Positions 1 through 8,962 are shown, counted from the first letter of the stretch. The stretch: DNA of 53,367 nucleotides from Candidatus Aenigmarchaeota archaeon CG_4_9_14_3_um_filter_37_18 (GCA_002789635.1 PFTQ01000044.1:837-54203), one strand, 5' to 3'. Program-made: numbers and translations. Notes: generated from the letters alone by a model not told the origin.

Positions 1-129
1 TAGTTTTGTTTTTTCTATCAATTCTGTTACTGATAATTCTTTATCTCTCAATAAATTCAATATTTCCAACCTTGTTGAGTTTGAAAACACTTTACACATT
101 TCAGCATGGATTTTATATAATTCTTTCAT
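1..129 (-). CDS. ArsR/SmtB-family winged-helix regulator, N-terminal part only (runs off the window edge)
   Basis: Reverse-strand ATG at 129..127 reads MKELYKIHAEMCKVFSNSTRLEILNLLRDKELSVTELIEKTKL. The RLEIL..L....LSV.EL pattern is typical of ArsR HTH domains. Absent from the ORF track because it is truncated. Confidence 0.55.
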   Translation of the reverse strand, partial: MKELYKIHAEMCKVFSNSTRLEILNLLRDKELSVTELIEKTKL

Positions 130-366
130 ATTAATATATTAGAATAGTCTAATATTTAAATACTTTTTGGTTATTAAATGGAAATCCCCCTCTTCTTTTT
201 TCAGAAAAAAGAAGCAAAAAATGGCGGCGGAAACCCCCATAAAAAACTATAGACACGACGACTTTAATTTTTTCGGACTTCGTCCGAACGTTGCACTAAA
301 AATCAAGTCTTCCTGTTGGTCAGACGAGCATAACAGGGCTTTTATGTTCAATTCCGATTTTCCGCT

Positions 367-594
367 TTAACAAATTATCTCACAAGAAAATATAATTAGA
401 AATTCATCTTCATGTCTACCTTGCAAAATTTGCACATTTCTTACATCATAACCATATCTAGCTGCAAATGATTTCCTCACTTTTTCGGGTTCCTCAACAG
501 CTTTTATATATGTACGCCCAAAAAATACATTTCCACTCACTCCAAATGTAGGATCTCTATACGGACATAGACCGTCACTCAAACCATATGTCAT
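367..594 (-). CDS. hypothetical 75-aa protein
   Basis: ORF only, with no recognisable motif. It is flanked by unusually GC-enriched non-coding patches. Confidence 0.3.
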   Translation of the reverse strand: MTYGLSDGLCPYRDPTFGVSGNVFFGRTYIKAVEEPEKVRKSFAARYGYDVRNVQILQGRHEDEFLIIFSCEIIC

Positions 595-893
595 ATTTTA
601 GAATTATACAAAAAAACATTTAAATCTATTCATGGTGGAAAAATCGGGACTCTTCGCATTTTGCACTTCGTCAAAAAACTCGGTCTCGTTCGCGATTATA
701 ATTACTCTACTCACCAGACAAATATAACAGGAATTAAACGCAATTATTGTTGGTAAATCTATGGTTTTGAAAAACTATTAGATATGAGTAAGAAGTTGCA
801 AAAGGTTGATCCTAGGGAAGAAAAGAGTATATCATCATCCCAGTTGTAATTTGGCTGCAAAAATTTAAAAACATCTATAACTTAATTTTAAAC

Positions 894-1493
894 ATGAATA
901 TAATCAGAAAAAAATACGATAAGAATTATTTTCAAAATATTTTTTATAAAGAAAATCCCAAATCTCAAAGAAAAAGAAACCAAATAAAAGAACTCCTTAA
1001 ATACAAAAATAATGGAAATCTATTGGAAGTTGGATGTGGTGTAGGGAACTTCTTGAAAGAGGCAGAAAAATATTTTAGGATTACCGGAGTCGATATTTCT
1101 GAATATGCTGTAAATGAAGCGAAAAAATCATTTAGAGGTAAAATAAGTGTAGGAAATATCGAAGAAATAAATTTGGAATCAAATCATTATGATGTTATTG
1201 TGGTATTCGATCTGCTAGAGCATCTCAAAAATCCAAGAAACACCATTGAAAAACTGTATAAATCTCTCAAAAAAGAAGGTATATTAATAGGATCGGTTCC
1301 AAACAATTTTGGATTTGTTGGGGTATTAGCAACACTATTTTTTAATGCAATGGATAAAACACATCGCTCAACATTTTCGCCTCATATTTGGCATGAATAT
1401 TTCATAGATATAGGTTTTGAGAATGTATTATTTTTTGGCGAAATTCAAATTATAAATAATCATTTTTACGTAAAAAATAAATTCTGGAGATAG
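894..1493 (+). CDS. class I SAM-dependent methyltransferase
   Basis: Motif I LLEVGCGVGNF, an acidic loop GVDIS and motif IV-like DVIVVFDLLEHL. Confidence 0.8.
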   Translation: MNIIRKKYDKNYFQNIFYKENPKSQRKRNQIKELLKYKNNGNLLEVGCGVGNFLKEAEKYFRITGVDISEYAVNEAKKSFRGKISVGNIEEINLESNHYDVIVVFDLLEHLKNPRNTIEKLYKSLKKEGILIGSVPNNFGFVGVLATLFFNAMDKTHRSTFSPHIWHEYFIDIGFENVLFFGEIQIINNHFYVKNKFWR

Positions 1494-1687
1494 TTGTCTT
1501 TTAACCTGATGTTTATATGTAAAAAATAATTTCAGTATGAACTTCTCGTTCAATAAAATCAGTCAATCAAAGTTTGGAAGATATGAAACTGATAATATTC
1601 AATCTTGCTTACTTGACTAGATATTCATTCTGAAATTTCTGGTGAAGTTAAGCCTGAACAATCTTTTTTAAATCCAAAAATCAAGAA

Positions 1688-1960
1688 ATGAAAATGAAAG
1701 AAAAACATATAATAAGAGATTATTTAGCTCAATACAGAACTGACCTTGCAAACGAAAGAACATTATTAGCTTATTGGAGAACATCATTTTCATTGTTTGT
1801 ATTAGGGATATTTCTTGTAAAATTTTTACCTTCAGCCCATTTCATAATCTTTGGTGTTATAGCAATAGCATTAGGTGTGTTATTGTTTTTTTACGGGATT
1901 ATGAGATTTTTAGATTACAAAAAGAAAATAAACCATATATGGGATAATGGGTCGGATTAA
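1688..1960 (+). CDS. DUF202/YidH-like small membrane protein
   Basis: DLANERTLLAYWRTSFSLFVLG signature followed by two TM helices. Confidence 0.65.
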   Translation: MKMKEKHIIRDYLAQYRTDLANERTLLAYWRTSFSLFVLGIFLVKFLPSAHFIIFGVIAIALGVLLFFYGIMRFLDYKKKINHIWDNGSD

Positions 1961-2286
1961 ATATTCTTCAAAAACCCTTTCCTTCTAATCCATTCGGCTT
2001 GTGTCGGAGTGTATCTCCACTTAACATCGCATCTCTCGTCGCTCTGGACTTTCCAAGGCTCTACAAGAATCAAGTCGCCGACACGTATCCATACACGCTT
2101 TCTAAGCTTGCCAGGAATCCTTGCCATTCTTTCCTTTCCGTCTTCACATTGCACACGAAGCTTGTCTGACCCCAACATCATCTCCACTAAAGCGTAAATC
2201 TGTCCTGGTTCTGGCCTCTTGGTTCTGCCTATTTCTTCTTCTGGTGTCAATTGCGGCCTCTTATATGCTATGATATCACCAAACAT
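1957..2286 (-). CDS. eif1a: translation initiation factor aIF-1A
   Basis: S1-like OB-fold core ...QIYALVEMMLGSDKLRVQCEDGKERMARIPGKLRKRVWIRVGDLILVEPW...RYT, near-collinear with known aIF-1A. Its stop shares TTAA with the convergent gene. Confidence 0.92.
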   Translation of the reverse strand: MFGDIIAYKRPQLTPEEEIGRTKRPEPGQIYALVEMMLGSDKLRVQCEDGKERMARIPGKLRKRVWIRVGDLILVEPWKVQSDERCDVKWRYTPTQAEWIRRKGFLKNI

Positions 2287-2332
2287 TCCTTAGATTAGTA
2301 GATTTATAACTGTTTAGGGCTTAAATAGTAGT

Positions 2333-2857
2333 ATGCCTGTTTGGATTCTGCGATTAGGGCATAGGTTGCCCAGGGATGAAAGGATATCCACGCATTGCGG
2401 TTTAGTTGCAAGAGCTTTTGGGTCTGAAGGTATTATCTTCTCCGGGCAAGAGGATAAAGGCCTGCTGGAATCTATCCAAAGAATAACTAATAAATGGGGT
2501 GGATTATTTGAGGTTAGATATGAAAAGAATTGGAAAAATGTTATAAAGAATTTTAAATCCCAAGGCTACTATACTGTTCTTCTGACAATGTATGGAATCA
2601 ACCTTCCTGATATTATAGATAAAGTCAGAAAGAAGGTTAATCTTCTTGTAATTGTTGGGAGTGAAAAGGTTCCTGGCGATGTATATGGCTTATGTGATGC
2701 CCAAGTTGCTGTTGGAAATCAGCCGCACTCTGAAATTGCTGCTCTTGCTATATTTTTAGACAGATATTTCAAAGGAGAATGCCTGAATAAAGAATTTTCC
2801 GGGAAGATTAAGGTTATGCCGCAGCTGAAAGGCAAAAAAATAATCAATTCAACATAG
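2333..2857 (+). CDS. trm56: tRNA (cytidine56-2'-O)-methyltransferase aTrm56 (SPOUT)
   Basis: LRLGHRLPRDERISTHCGLVARAFG...WGG.F.......W......LTMYG...IVGSEKVP......D..VAVGNQPHSEIAALAIFLDR, collinear with archaeal aTrm56. Confidence 0.88.
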   Translation: MPVWILRLGHRLPRDERISTHCGLVARAFGSEGIIFSGQEDKGLLESIQRITNKWGGLFEVRYEKNWKNVIKNFKSQGYYTVLLTMYGINLPDIIDKVRKKVNLLVIVGSEKVPGDVYGLCDAQVAVGNQPHSEIAALAIFLDRYFKGECLNKEFSGKIKVMPQLKGKKIINST

Positions 2858-3102
2858 GTGTTAAGTCGCTCCACCAGCATTTTCCATGATCAACAAGCTT
2901 TTGGACCATAGGATGACTGCATAATCTATAAGGAACATTTCTCCCGCTATTGCATTCTTTCAAACAATCAATATACGACCATTCAGCCGAATTAAACAAA
3001 AAAATAAGGAGAATAAAAAATAGCGTTAAAGCAACAGCTATAATGATTTTGTTGATTTTTATCCACCTTCAGTAAAAATTCAAAAATAAAAAATAAAAAT
3101 CA

Positions 3103-3336
3103 CTACTTCCTTCTGCCGCGAGCCATTTTAGCCCTAGCTGCGTTACCTTGCTTGTCGATAAAGTATAGGTAACCTTTTTCTCTCTTTATTCCGCAATTGT
3201 GCAGGACATCTTGTTTTTTATCTACTTTCTGGCCTTTTCTTGCCATTTTACATCTGGCCGCATTTCCTTTCTTGTCGATAAAATACAAGTAGCCTTTTTC
3301 TCTCTTTATTCCGCATTTGCATAAAACTTCTGCCAT
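3103..3336 (-). CDS. small basic protein built from two tandem ~38-aa repeats, function unknown
   Basis: The module C(K/N)CGIKREKGYLYFIDK(K/Q)GNAAR(C/A)KMAR(K/G) occurs twice. The duplication is also visible in the DNA (about 3121-3216 versus 3241-3336). Confidence 0.6.
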   Translation of the reverse strand: MAEVLCKCGIKREKGYLYFIDKKGNAARCKMARKGQKVDKKQDVLHNCGIKREKGYLYFIDKQGNAARAKMARGRRK

Positions 3337-3416
3337 ATTTACACCTCATTAAAAGGCTTACTATCAGATATTATGATGTTTTTTTTATTTATATCAGTGT
3401 TTTATTGATAATAGGG

Positions 3417-4169
3417 TTATTTTATCTCTAATTGTTTGATTTCCAATGAACAAATGTTATTTTCGCATTTTATTGTGTATTCAGGGCACATCATGGTACA
3501 TACCTGATGCAAGCCTTTTGAATAATCTTTATTTATAGCTTCTATGCCGCAGCAGTTGTCTGTGCTTTGTATGGTGCATTCGCTGTCATCCTCACAAAAC
3601 TTTTCAAATATCTTCGGGGCGCATCCAATATATCCTCCCCATGCATGATCAACCAAATCCTTGCCGCCAATCTCAGCGCATTTTTCCTTAGAATTTATAT
3701 TCTCAAAAGCTATCCAAACTCCCCCATAATCTGGGCAGACATCAGAACAGAAATAACCCTCAATAAGCTTTAATCCATTTTTTGAATATAGTCCTAGAGT
3801 TTTCGGATAATCTTTTGGATCAATATTTTTGTTGTCTGGATAAGTGTTGATTTTTCTCAAATTTTTTAATTCATTTACTATATCATCGTCTGTAAGGATT
3901 CTATTGTTCCATTCTACCTGGCATTTTCCATTTACACAGGCACATGAGCCTTGGCCGCAGTCCATAGTTTCCCCTCGACATTCCAGTGTACAGGGAACTT
4001 TTTCGCAGTTAGGTCTTTGGCTTAAAGGAACACAACTAGTTGGATGGCAGCATTGAGCAGGAACGCAATCATTATCTGTTTGACATTTATTGAGTATTTG
4101 AGGGTTTTGAATACATCCACTAACCAAAATAAGACCAATTAGAAACAATGCAAATAATATTGTTTTCAT
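3417..4169 (-). CDS. Cys-rich secreted lipoprotein-like protein
   Basis: Preferred start MKTILFALFLIGLILVSGC (lipobox-like VSGC) lies 5 nt after GGTGA. It shares ATGA with the stop of the upstream ORF. About 30 Cys fall in CxxDxDC-type modules. Confidence 0.7.
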   Translation of the reverse strand: MKTILFALFLIGLILVSGCIQNPQILNKCQTDNDCVPAQCCHPTSCVPLSQRPNCEKVPCTLECRGETMDCGQGSCACVNGKCQVEWNNRILTDDDIVNELKNLRKINTYPDNKNIDPKDYPKTLGLYSKNGLKLIEGYFCSDVCPDYGGVWIAFENINSKEKCAEIGGKDLVDHAWGGYIGCAPKIFEKFCEDDSECTIQSTDNCCGIEAINKDYSKGLHQVCTMMCPEYTIKCENNICSLEIKQLEIK

Positions 4170-4465
4170 CTTTTCACCTTTTTGTAGACCCAAAATATTA
4201 AACAAGCGATTAAGTACCAAAATACTACATCAACTATAAAATTAAAAATAAGGAATTTCGGTGGAATAACAACAGTTGCACATAAAACCCATGGTGGGCA
4301 TAGATATAACTCATAAAAAATTAAGGGAAAACCTAACTCGTTTGGTATTCTTAGACCTCCTTCAAAAATAATATAATTCCTAAAACTTGGTATTAAGGAA
4401 CTTAATAAAAATAATACCAGAAATAAAAAAATTATTTTAGGGTTGAAAAATTTTTTCCATTTCAT
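4166..4465 (-). CDS. small membrane protein (3 predicted TM)
   Basis: Hydrophobic ORF packed between the regulator (which ends at 4466) and the lipoprotein gene (ATGA overlap). Confidence 0.5.
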   Translation of the reverse strand: MKWKKFFNPKIIFLFLVLFLLSSLIPSFRNYIIFEGGLRIPNELGFPLIFYELYLCPPWVLCATVVIPPKFLIFNFIVDVVFWYLIACLIFWVYKKVKR

Positions 4466-4999
4466 TTATATCTCCCAATTCTTCTTCCTCTTCATCATAA
4501 TTAACACAAATATTCCAATTAAAGCTATCACAAACAACCCAATCGATAAATACAGAAACCATGGAGTTGCAGAAATCATAGCATCAGCGTTCCCTCCTCC
4601 TACGTTAGTCACTAATTCTGGCGCTTCAAGGGTTTTATCATTTATAGCCATCCTATAAGATGGCTGTGTCAAGTATCCTATCATCGAGAATACCCCGCCG
4701 ATTATCGACAAAAATACTGTTGATAAAATTATAACCAGCCTCTGGTCTTTCTTTGAAACATATGATTCCCCTTTTTTTGTTAATGAATAGAACACCCATT
4801 TATATCCAGGCCTTTCAATCTTCTCGACTAAGCCTGCGTTGATCAGCTTCTCCAAATGTTCGACTATCGTGGATTTGCTTTTGTCCAGCATTCTGCTTAG
4901 GTCGGATGGCGTTCTGTCCCCTTCAGACAATATCTTAACTATTTCTCTCCTTGTATCCGAGACAAGGGATTTCAGGACTTCTTCATCCTCATTTAACAT
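4466..4999 (-). CDS. ArsR-family wHTH regulator with two C-terminal TM helices
   Basis: LVSDTRREIVKILSEGDRTPSDLSRMLDKSKSTIVEHLEKLINAGLVEK, followed by two hydrophobic spans. Confidence 0.75.
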   Translation of the reverse strand: MLNEDEEVLKSLVSDTRREIVKILSEGDRTPSDLSRMLDKSKSTIVEHLEKLINAGLVEKIERPGYKWVFYSLTKKGESYVSKKDQRLVIILSTVFLSIIGGVFSMIGYLTQPSYRMAINDKTLEAPELVTNVGGGNADAMISATPWFLYLSIGLFVIALIGIFVLIMMKRKKNWEI

Positions 5000-5062
5000 A
5001 CATAATACTTGCCAGTTGGGCTTAAAATTCCTTACTATTATGTTAGGAACAGACCAAACGAT

Positions 5063-5986
5063 CTATTTCTTGAGTAAAACTACCCTGCTAGGCTTAAAAA
5101 CATCCTTTATTCTAAAAGAAGAGTGTTTCTCTATTTCCTTAGAAAACTCGATTATATCTTCATGATAGGGCATCGCGTCCATCGGCAGCCTTTTTTGGGA
5201 TTCCCCGACATGAACATATCCCTTTGCTTCAACAAAATCTGGGTTTGCTTTCTCGATCAGTTTGGCGTATTCCTCTGGCTCAACCATATTTAATCCTTTT
5301 ACTAGAGTTAACCTAATGACTTTCCTGCAATCAAATGAGTCGATCAGCTCTAAAGTTTCCATGATTTTATCCCACAACTTTGGAGTGGATGGCTGACATA
5401 ATTTCTTGTAAGTTTCTTTATTCGGCGCTGGCAGTGTGACGTAGAGTTGGAATGGTTTTGTATTCAAGGATTGCAATCTATCCGGTAAAGTCCCATTTGT
5501 GACTAGAAAAGAAATTATATTCATCCTCTTGGCTTCTTGAATTAATTCATCCAATTTAGGATACATCGTTGGTTCTCCAGTTAGGCTTATAGCCATCATA
5601 TTCGGTTTTAAGGCTTCTTCCCACTTTCTCTTGTCAACTCGTTCAAAACCTTTAAACCCTGTCAATAATGATTTTCTTTGTTCTATGCATTTCTCTAGAA
5701 TATCTTTAGGTTCATCCAAGACTAAACCTTCAAAAGATTCCTTCCAAGAAAACCCTCTATCTCCTGAATGTAGACGCCAGCAGAACAAGCATCTGTGATT
5801 GCAAACTAAAGATGGCGACATCTGCATGCATCTATGGCTCTTGACAGGCGGGTACCATTTCTCCTTGTAGCATACCTTACCCTCAACTAGACTCTTCTTT
5901 GTCCATCTGCATATCTTAACTACGCTGTGATTCCCGGAAAACCTATACTGCTGCTTCTCAAGCAATTTCTTGAGATTTTCATCCAT
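5063..5986 (-). CDS. taw1: tRNA 4-demethylwyosine synthase Taw1/TYW1 (radical SAM)
   Basis: CYKEKWYPPVKSHRCMQMSPSLVCNHRCLFCWR cluster and ISLTGEPTMYP. Start moved to MDENLKK (ATG 5986) because the longer track ORF overlaps the upstream gene. Confidence 0.88.
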   Translation of the reverse strand: MDENLKKLLEKQQYRFSGNHSVVKICRWTKKSLVEGKVCYKEKWYPPVKSHRCMQMSPSLVCNHRCLFCWRLHSGDRGFSWKESFEGLVLDEPKDILEKCIEQRKSLLTGFKGFERVDKRKWEEALKPNMMAISLTGEPTMYPKLDELIQEAKRMNIISFLVTNGTLPDRLQSLNTKPFQLYVTLPAPNKETYKKLCQPSTPKLWDKIMETLELIDSFDCRKVIRLTLVKGLNMVEPEEYAKLIEKANPDFVEAKGYVHVGESQKRLPMDAMPYHEDIIEFSKEIEKHSSFRIKDVFKPSRVVLLKK

Positions 5987-6023
5987 ATAATCAAAACTAG
6001 TGGATATTAGAAATATAAATAAA

Positions 6024-6449
6024 CTAAACTTTAATCTTGATTTCAGTCTCTTCAATCCCGCAATAGGATTTGGCAAAAACAGCAACAGTATAATTTCCTT
6101 CTGAGCCAACAATTGGGCTCATGTAAACAAATATTTCTTCAGATTTTCCCTGCCCTAGATCCATCTTTAATGGTCTAGTTGCAATCCAGTCAGGGCCCTT
6201 AAATCCAATATCAAATGTGTCCTCAAACCCATTATTTGTGATGTTTACCCTGATTAATTTTCCATACCCTACCTCTAATTCAGCAGAATAGGATTCTGGC
6301 TTCAAATCAACAGAAAAATGCTTGCAGTATTCTGGATCCCTGTAGATGGTGGCTGATAAGTTATTGTAAACTATCCACCCAACTAACCCAATGAGCATCA
6401 GCAAAGCTGCTAATGTAAGAACAAATGCCAAAAGACTGTTTGTTTTCAT
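6024..6449 (-). CDS. membrane-anchored surface protein with one CARDB/NEW3-like beta-sandwich module
   Basis: N-terminal TM segment. The module NITNNGFEDTFDIGFKGPDWIATRP....L..G.SEEIFVYMSP is paralogous to modules of the 6614..8134 protein. Confidence 0.6.
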   Translation of the reverse strand: MKTNSLLAFVLTLAALLMLIGLVGWIVYNNLSATIYRDPEYCKHFSVDLKPESYSAELEVGYGKLIRVNITNNGFEDTFDIGFKGPDWIATRPLKMDLGQGKSEEIFVYMSPIVGSEGNYTVAVFAKSYCGIEETEIKIKV

Positions 6450-6450
6450 C

Positions 6451-6612
6451 TTATCCCCGGAGCAGTTTAACTATTACGTAGATGAGATCAACTACCCCCA
6501 CTAGAAGACCTGTGTAAACGATAAACCTGCCTAAATCTGACTTAATCTTTGCTTCCAAAGCAACAGCCAAAAATACCAAAAAACTCGCAATTAACAACAC
6601 CATTTCTATCAT
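6451..6612 (-). CDS. 53-aa two-TM membrane peptide (not in the ORF track)
   Basis: ATG 6612 to TAA 6451 reads MIEMVLLIASFLVFLAVALEAKIKSDLGRFIVYTGLLVGVVDLIYVIVKLLRG. It exactly fills the gap between two operon genes. Confidence 0.45.
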   Translation of the reverse strand: MIEMVLLIASFLVFLAVALEAKIKSDLGRFIVYTGLLVGVVDLIYVIVKLLRG

Positions 6613-6613
6613 T

Positions 6614-8134
6614 TTAACCCCTCATTACTATTAAATAGATTACAACAAGAATAGCCAATGCAATTACAAAACCTATGATCAGAGACAAAACTATCTTATT
6701 TAATTTCAGCTCATCTACCTTTTTGCTTATTGTTGAACTGAGTGATTCAATTTTTTCCCAGACTTTTCCAAGCATGCCTGTAGGTTCTGTTATATTGATT
6801 TCAGGCGGTTCTGGAATTTTTTCAGTTGTAGTAGTTTCTCCAAACCCAATTGTAGTGGCCGTAGTTTCTTGGGACTCGACATTAACCAAAACTGTTTCAG
6901 TGTCAGAAGCATTTCCGCTTTCTGCAGTCAATTGAACATTATATTCTCCAGAAGCCCCATACTCAGGGCTATAGTATACGAAAATAGTCTGGGATTCATT
7001 CGGTGAAAGTGTCAGATTTTCTGGCCTTATAGCAATCCAGTTTGCACTCGCCATAATTCCAAATGTATCTTGCCTGGATCCAGTATTCTTTATAGATGGC
7101 TTTGTCAATTTTCCAGTCCCTGCTTGGATCGTCAATTCTTGAGTGTCTAATTCAAGCTCAACGCCATAGCATTTTTCAGACATAAATCTGATCAAGCCTT
7201 GCTCTTCTTTTGAACTTGAAGAAACTTTGAATGGTATTTCATAAATGCCTTCTTCTTTAACAAATGAAACCTCTAAAATTTTCTCTTGGCCAGGCTCTAT
7301 ATTAATGATATCAGAATATCCTATTTCTTCAATATTTACTTCAAAGTTGTCTTTCTTTACTCCAGTGTTTCTGACAGATATCTGGAATTTTTGATCTACC
7401 CCGCCGCATGTCCTGACCTCTTCTGGATATGTTATCTGGAAGTCGTAGCATTGTTTCTTTTGGATTGCTGTTTGAATTGAAGCTGAAGTATAGCTGTTTG
7501 TCGACTTTATAGAAATTTCCAGATTGTAGGTTTTTTCATCAGCGTCGCATACCGGCAAGATTCTTATTGGGATTTGTTTTATCTCTCCCGGCTCGATTGT
7601 AAAGCTTTTCAACTCAACATCAATTATATCTAATGCGTCTCCTGAAAGAGTTAATTCAAGATTTTCAGAATATTTTCCGATATTTTCAACAACTATCATT
7701 GTCTGATCCTCTTCGCATAAACATGAAGTTAATTGGCTAGGAGCTGATAATCTGACCAAATGATCTTTTACTATATTCAACCTAAATGTTTCAGAAGCAT
7801 TTGTGCCTTCAACGCTAACCAAACCGATATAAATATCATTTTCAGTTGGCTGGGGGGTAATGAACAGATAGACAGTTTTACTTTCGCCCGCTGAAAGAGT
7901 TAGAGATTCATGGCTTAAAGAGTACCAATCATCTGGTATTCCTTTAACAGAAAGGGTGTATGTTTCGGCTGTAGTTCCTTTGTTTTGAATATTAATGTCA
8001 TAAACAGCTATTTCATATGGGTTAGCTGTCAATTCATTTGGCATTATACTTATAGAAACATCTTGATTTTGTGCAAAAGCACCGGCAATTATTGCAAGAC
8101 CGAAAATTACCCCGAATATCCATTTTGTTTTCAT
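6614..8134 (-). CDS. large cell-surface protein with signal peptide, at least 4 CARDB/NEW3-like modules, Thr-rich stalk and C-terminal TM anchor
   Basis: Signal MKTKWIFGVIFGLAIIAGAFA. Repeated x(N)xGxxxxx(F/Y) modules (NIQNKGTTAETY, VENIGKYSENL, VRNTGVKKDNF, IKNTGSRQDTF). ETTATTIGFGETTTTEK linker, then LSLIIGFVIALAILVVIYLIV. Confidence 0.65.
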   Translation of the reverse strand: MKTKWIFGVIFGLAIIAGAFAQNQDVSISIMPNELTANPYEIAVYDINIQNKGTTAETYTLSVKGIPDDWYSLSHESLTLSAGESKTVYLFITPQPTENDIYIGLVSVEGTNASETFRLNIVKDHLVRLSAPSQLTSCLCEEDQTMIVVENIGKYSENLELTLSGDALDIIDVELKSFTIEPGEIKQIPIRILPVCDADEKTYNLEISIKSTNSYTSASIQTAIQKKQCYDFQITYPEEVRTCGGVDQKFQISVRNTGVKKDNFEVNIEEIGYSDIINIEPGQEKILEVSFVKEEGIYEIPFKVSSSSKEEQGLIRFMSEKCYGVELELDTQELTIQAGTGKLTKPSIKNTGSRQDTFGIMASANWIAIRPENLTLSPNESQTIFVYYSPEYGASGEYNVQLTAESGNASDTETVLVNVESQETTATTIGFGETTTTEKIPEPPEINITEPTGMLGKVWEKIESLSSTISKKVDELKLNKIVLSLIIGFVIALAILVVIYLIVMRG

Positions 8135-8270
8135 GACTAATCAATAAATAAGATTCGTATTAAGCATTTAATCCTTTTCTAGGCAAAGCTTAAGAACATT
8201 AAAGGAAATATGAAGGTAAATTTTGCAATATAAAACAGAAAATCCAGAAGAGTATAAGTGGCAATTAGCT

Positions 8271-8288
8271 AAAAGATTTAATATTATT
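8271..8288 (+). promoter_or_regulatory. putative BRE/TATA promoter of tRNA-Thr
   Basis: AAAAGATTTAATATTATT is centred about 27 nt upstream of tRNA position 1, the archaeal TATA spacing. Confidence 0.45.
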
Positions 8289-8308
8289 TGAGTTAAATTA
8301 ATTGACAT

Positions 8309-8382
8309 GCCTCGGTAGCTCAACCCGGCAGAGCAACTGACTTGTAATCAGTAGGTTAAGGGTTCAACTCCCTTCCGAGGCT
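8309..8382 (+). tRNA. tRNA-Thr (anticodon UGU)
   Basis: Hand-folded cloverleaf: acceptor GCCTCGG/CCGAGGC, D arm GCTC..GAGC, anticodon arm ACTGA-CTTGTAA-TCAGT, T arm AAGGG-TTCAACT-CCCTT. Confidence 0.9.
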
Positions 8383-8384
8383 TA
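8361..8384. repeat. 24-bp direct repeat, copy 1 (T arm to 3' end of tRNA-Thr); attL-like
   Basis: GGTTCAACTCCCTTCCGAGGCTTA is identical to 9150..9173. Confidence 0.9.
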
Positions 8385-8452
8385 CCTTTAACCAAGAATT
8401 CTTCTACTTATCAAAAAAATATTGGTTCCTGTAGAATGAAATTTAGGTGGGA

Positions 8453-8962
8453 TTAATGACCTAGAGCAGTTCTTACAGGTAAAAGAACTTCTGGTCCAGG
8501 GTTCCCTAAAACATAAGATCCACTCGGACCACTGGTTGCTTGGACTACCATTCTATGACCGAAAGATTCATATAAACCATCAGGAGATAAATATTTACTT
8601 AATAAAACTGGTGTCATAACAGAAACTTCTTCTACACCTCGATGATCCCCATATCCATATGACGATTCTAGTAAAATAGTATGTGTATTTAATGCGGCTA
8701 AATCTTGTAATGTATTTTCAAAAATTCTTCTCACTTCACCCTGATCAGCTACAGCAGCAAGATCTCCCATTATATTCAAATTTACAATAAGGTGGGTTAT
8801 TCTAGCCTCATAAACTTCTAGAGCAAGATTGGCCAAAATTTGTTCTGAAAAACTTCTTCTCGCTACATCCCATGCCTGTGTTAATGACCTGACATCGTCT
8901 GTTCCGGCAAAGTGAATCACCATTTCATAAAGTGTTCTTTGGCCCTTATTTAACTGGATCAT
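8453..8962 (-). CDS. hypothetical 169-aa protein, cargo of the att-bounded islet
   Basis: Clean ORF with no TM segment and no motif I recognise. Its composition differs from the neighbouring genes. Confidence 0.55.
   Translation of the reverse strand: MIQLNKGQRTLYEMVIHFAGTDDVRSLTQAWDVARRSFSEQILANLALEVYEARITHLIVNLNIMGDLAAVADQGEVRRIFENTLQDLAALNTHTILLESSYGYGDHRGVEEVSVMTPVLLSKYLSPDGLYESFGHRMVVQATSGPSGSYVLGNPGPEVLLPVRTALGH

Noticed and set aside
167-890. GC-enriched non-coding patches flanking ORF 367..594. They include a CGGAC-TTC-GTCCG hairpin (about 275..287), possible pairing of GCGGAAA (about 226..232) with TTTTCCGC (about 360..367), loosely similar TTGCACT...ATAACAGG strings in both patches, and the 67-aa ORF 167..370.
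   Set aside because: The similarities are short and imperfect. I could not fold a convincing RNA or recognise a known family (no C/D boxes, no RNase P or riboswitch signatures). The 67-aa ORF starts at TTG and has no features. A covariance-model scan is worthwhile, but the evidence does not support a feature call.
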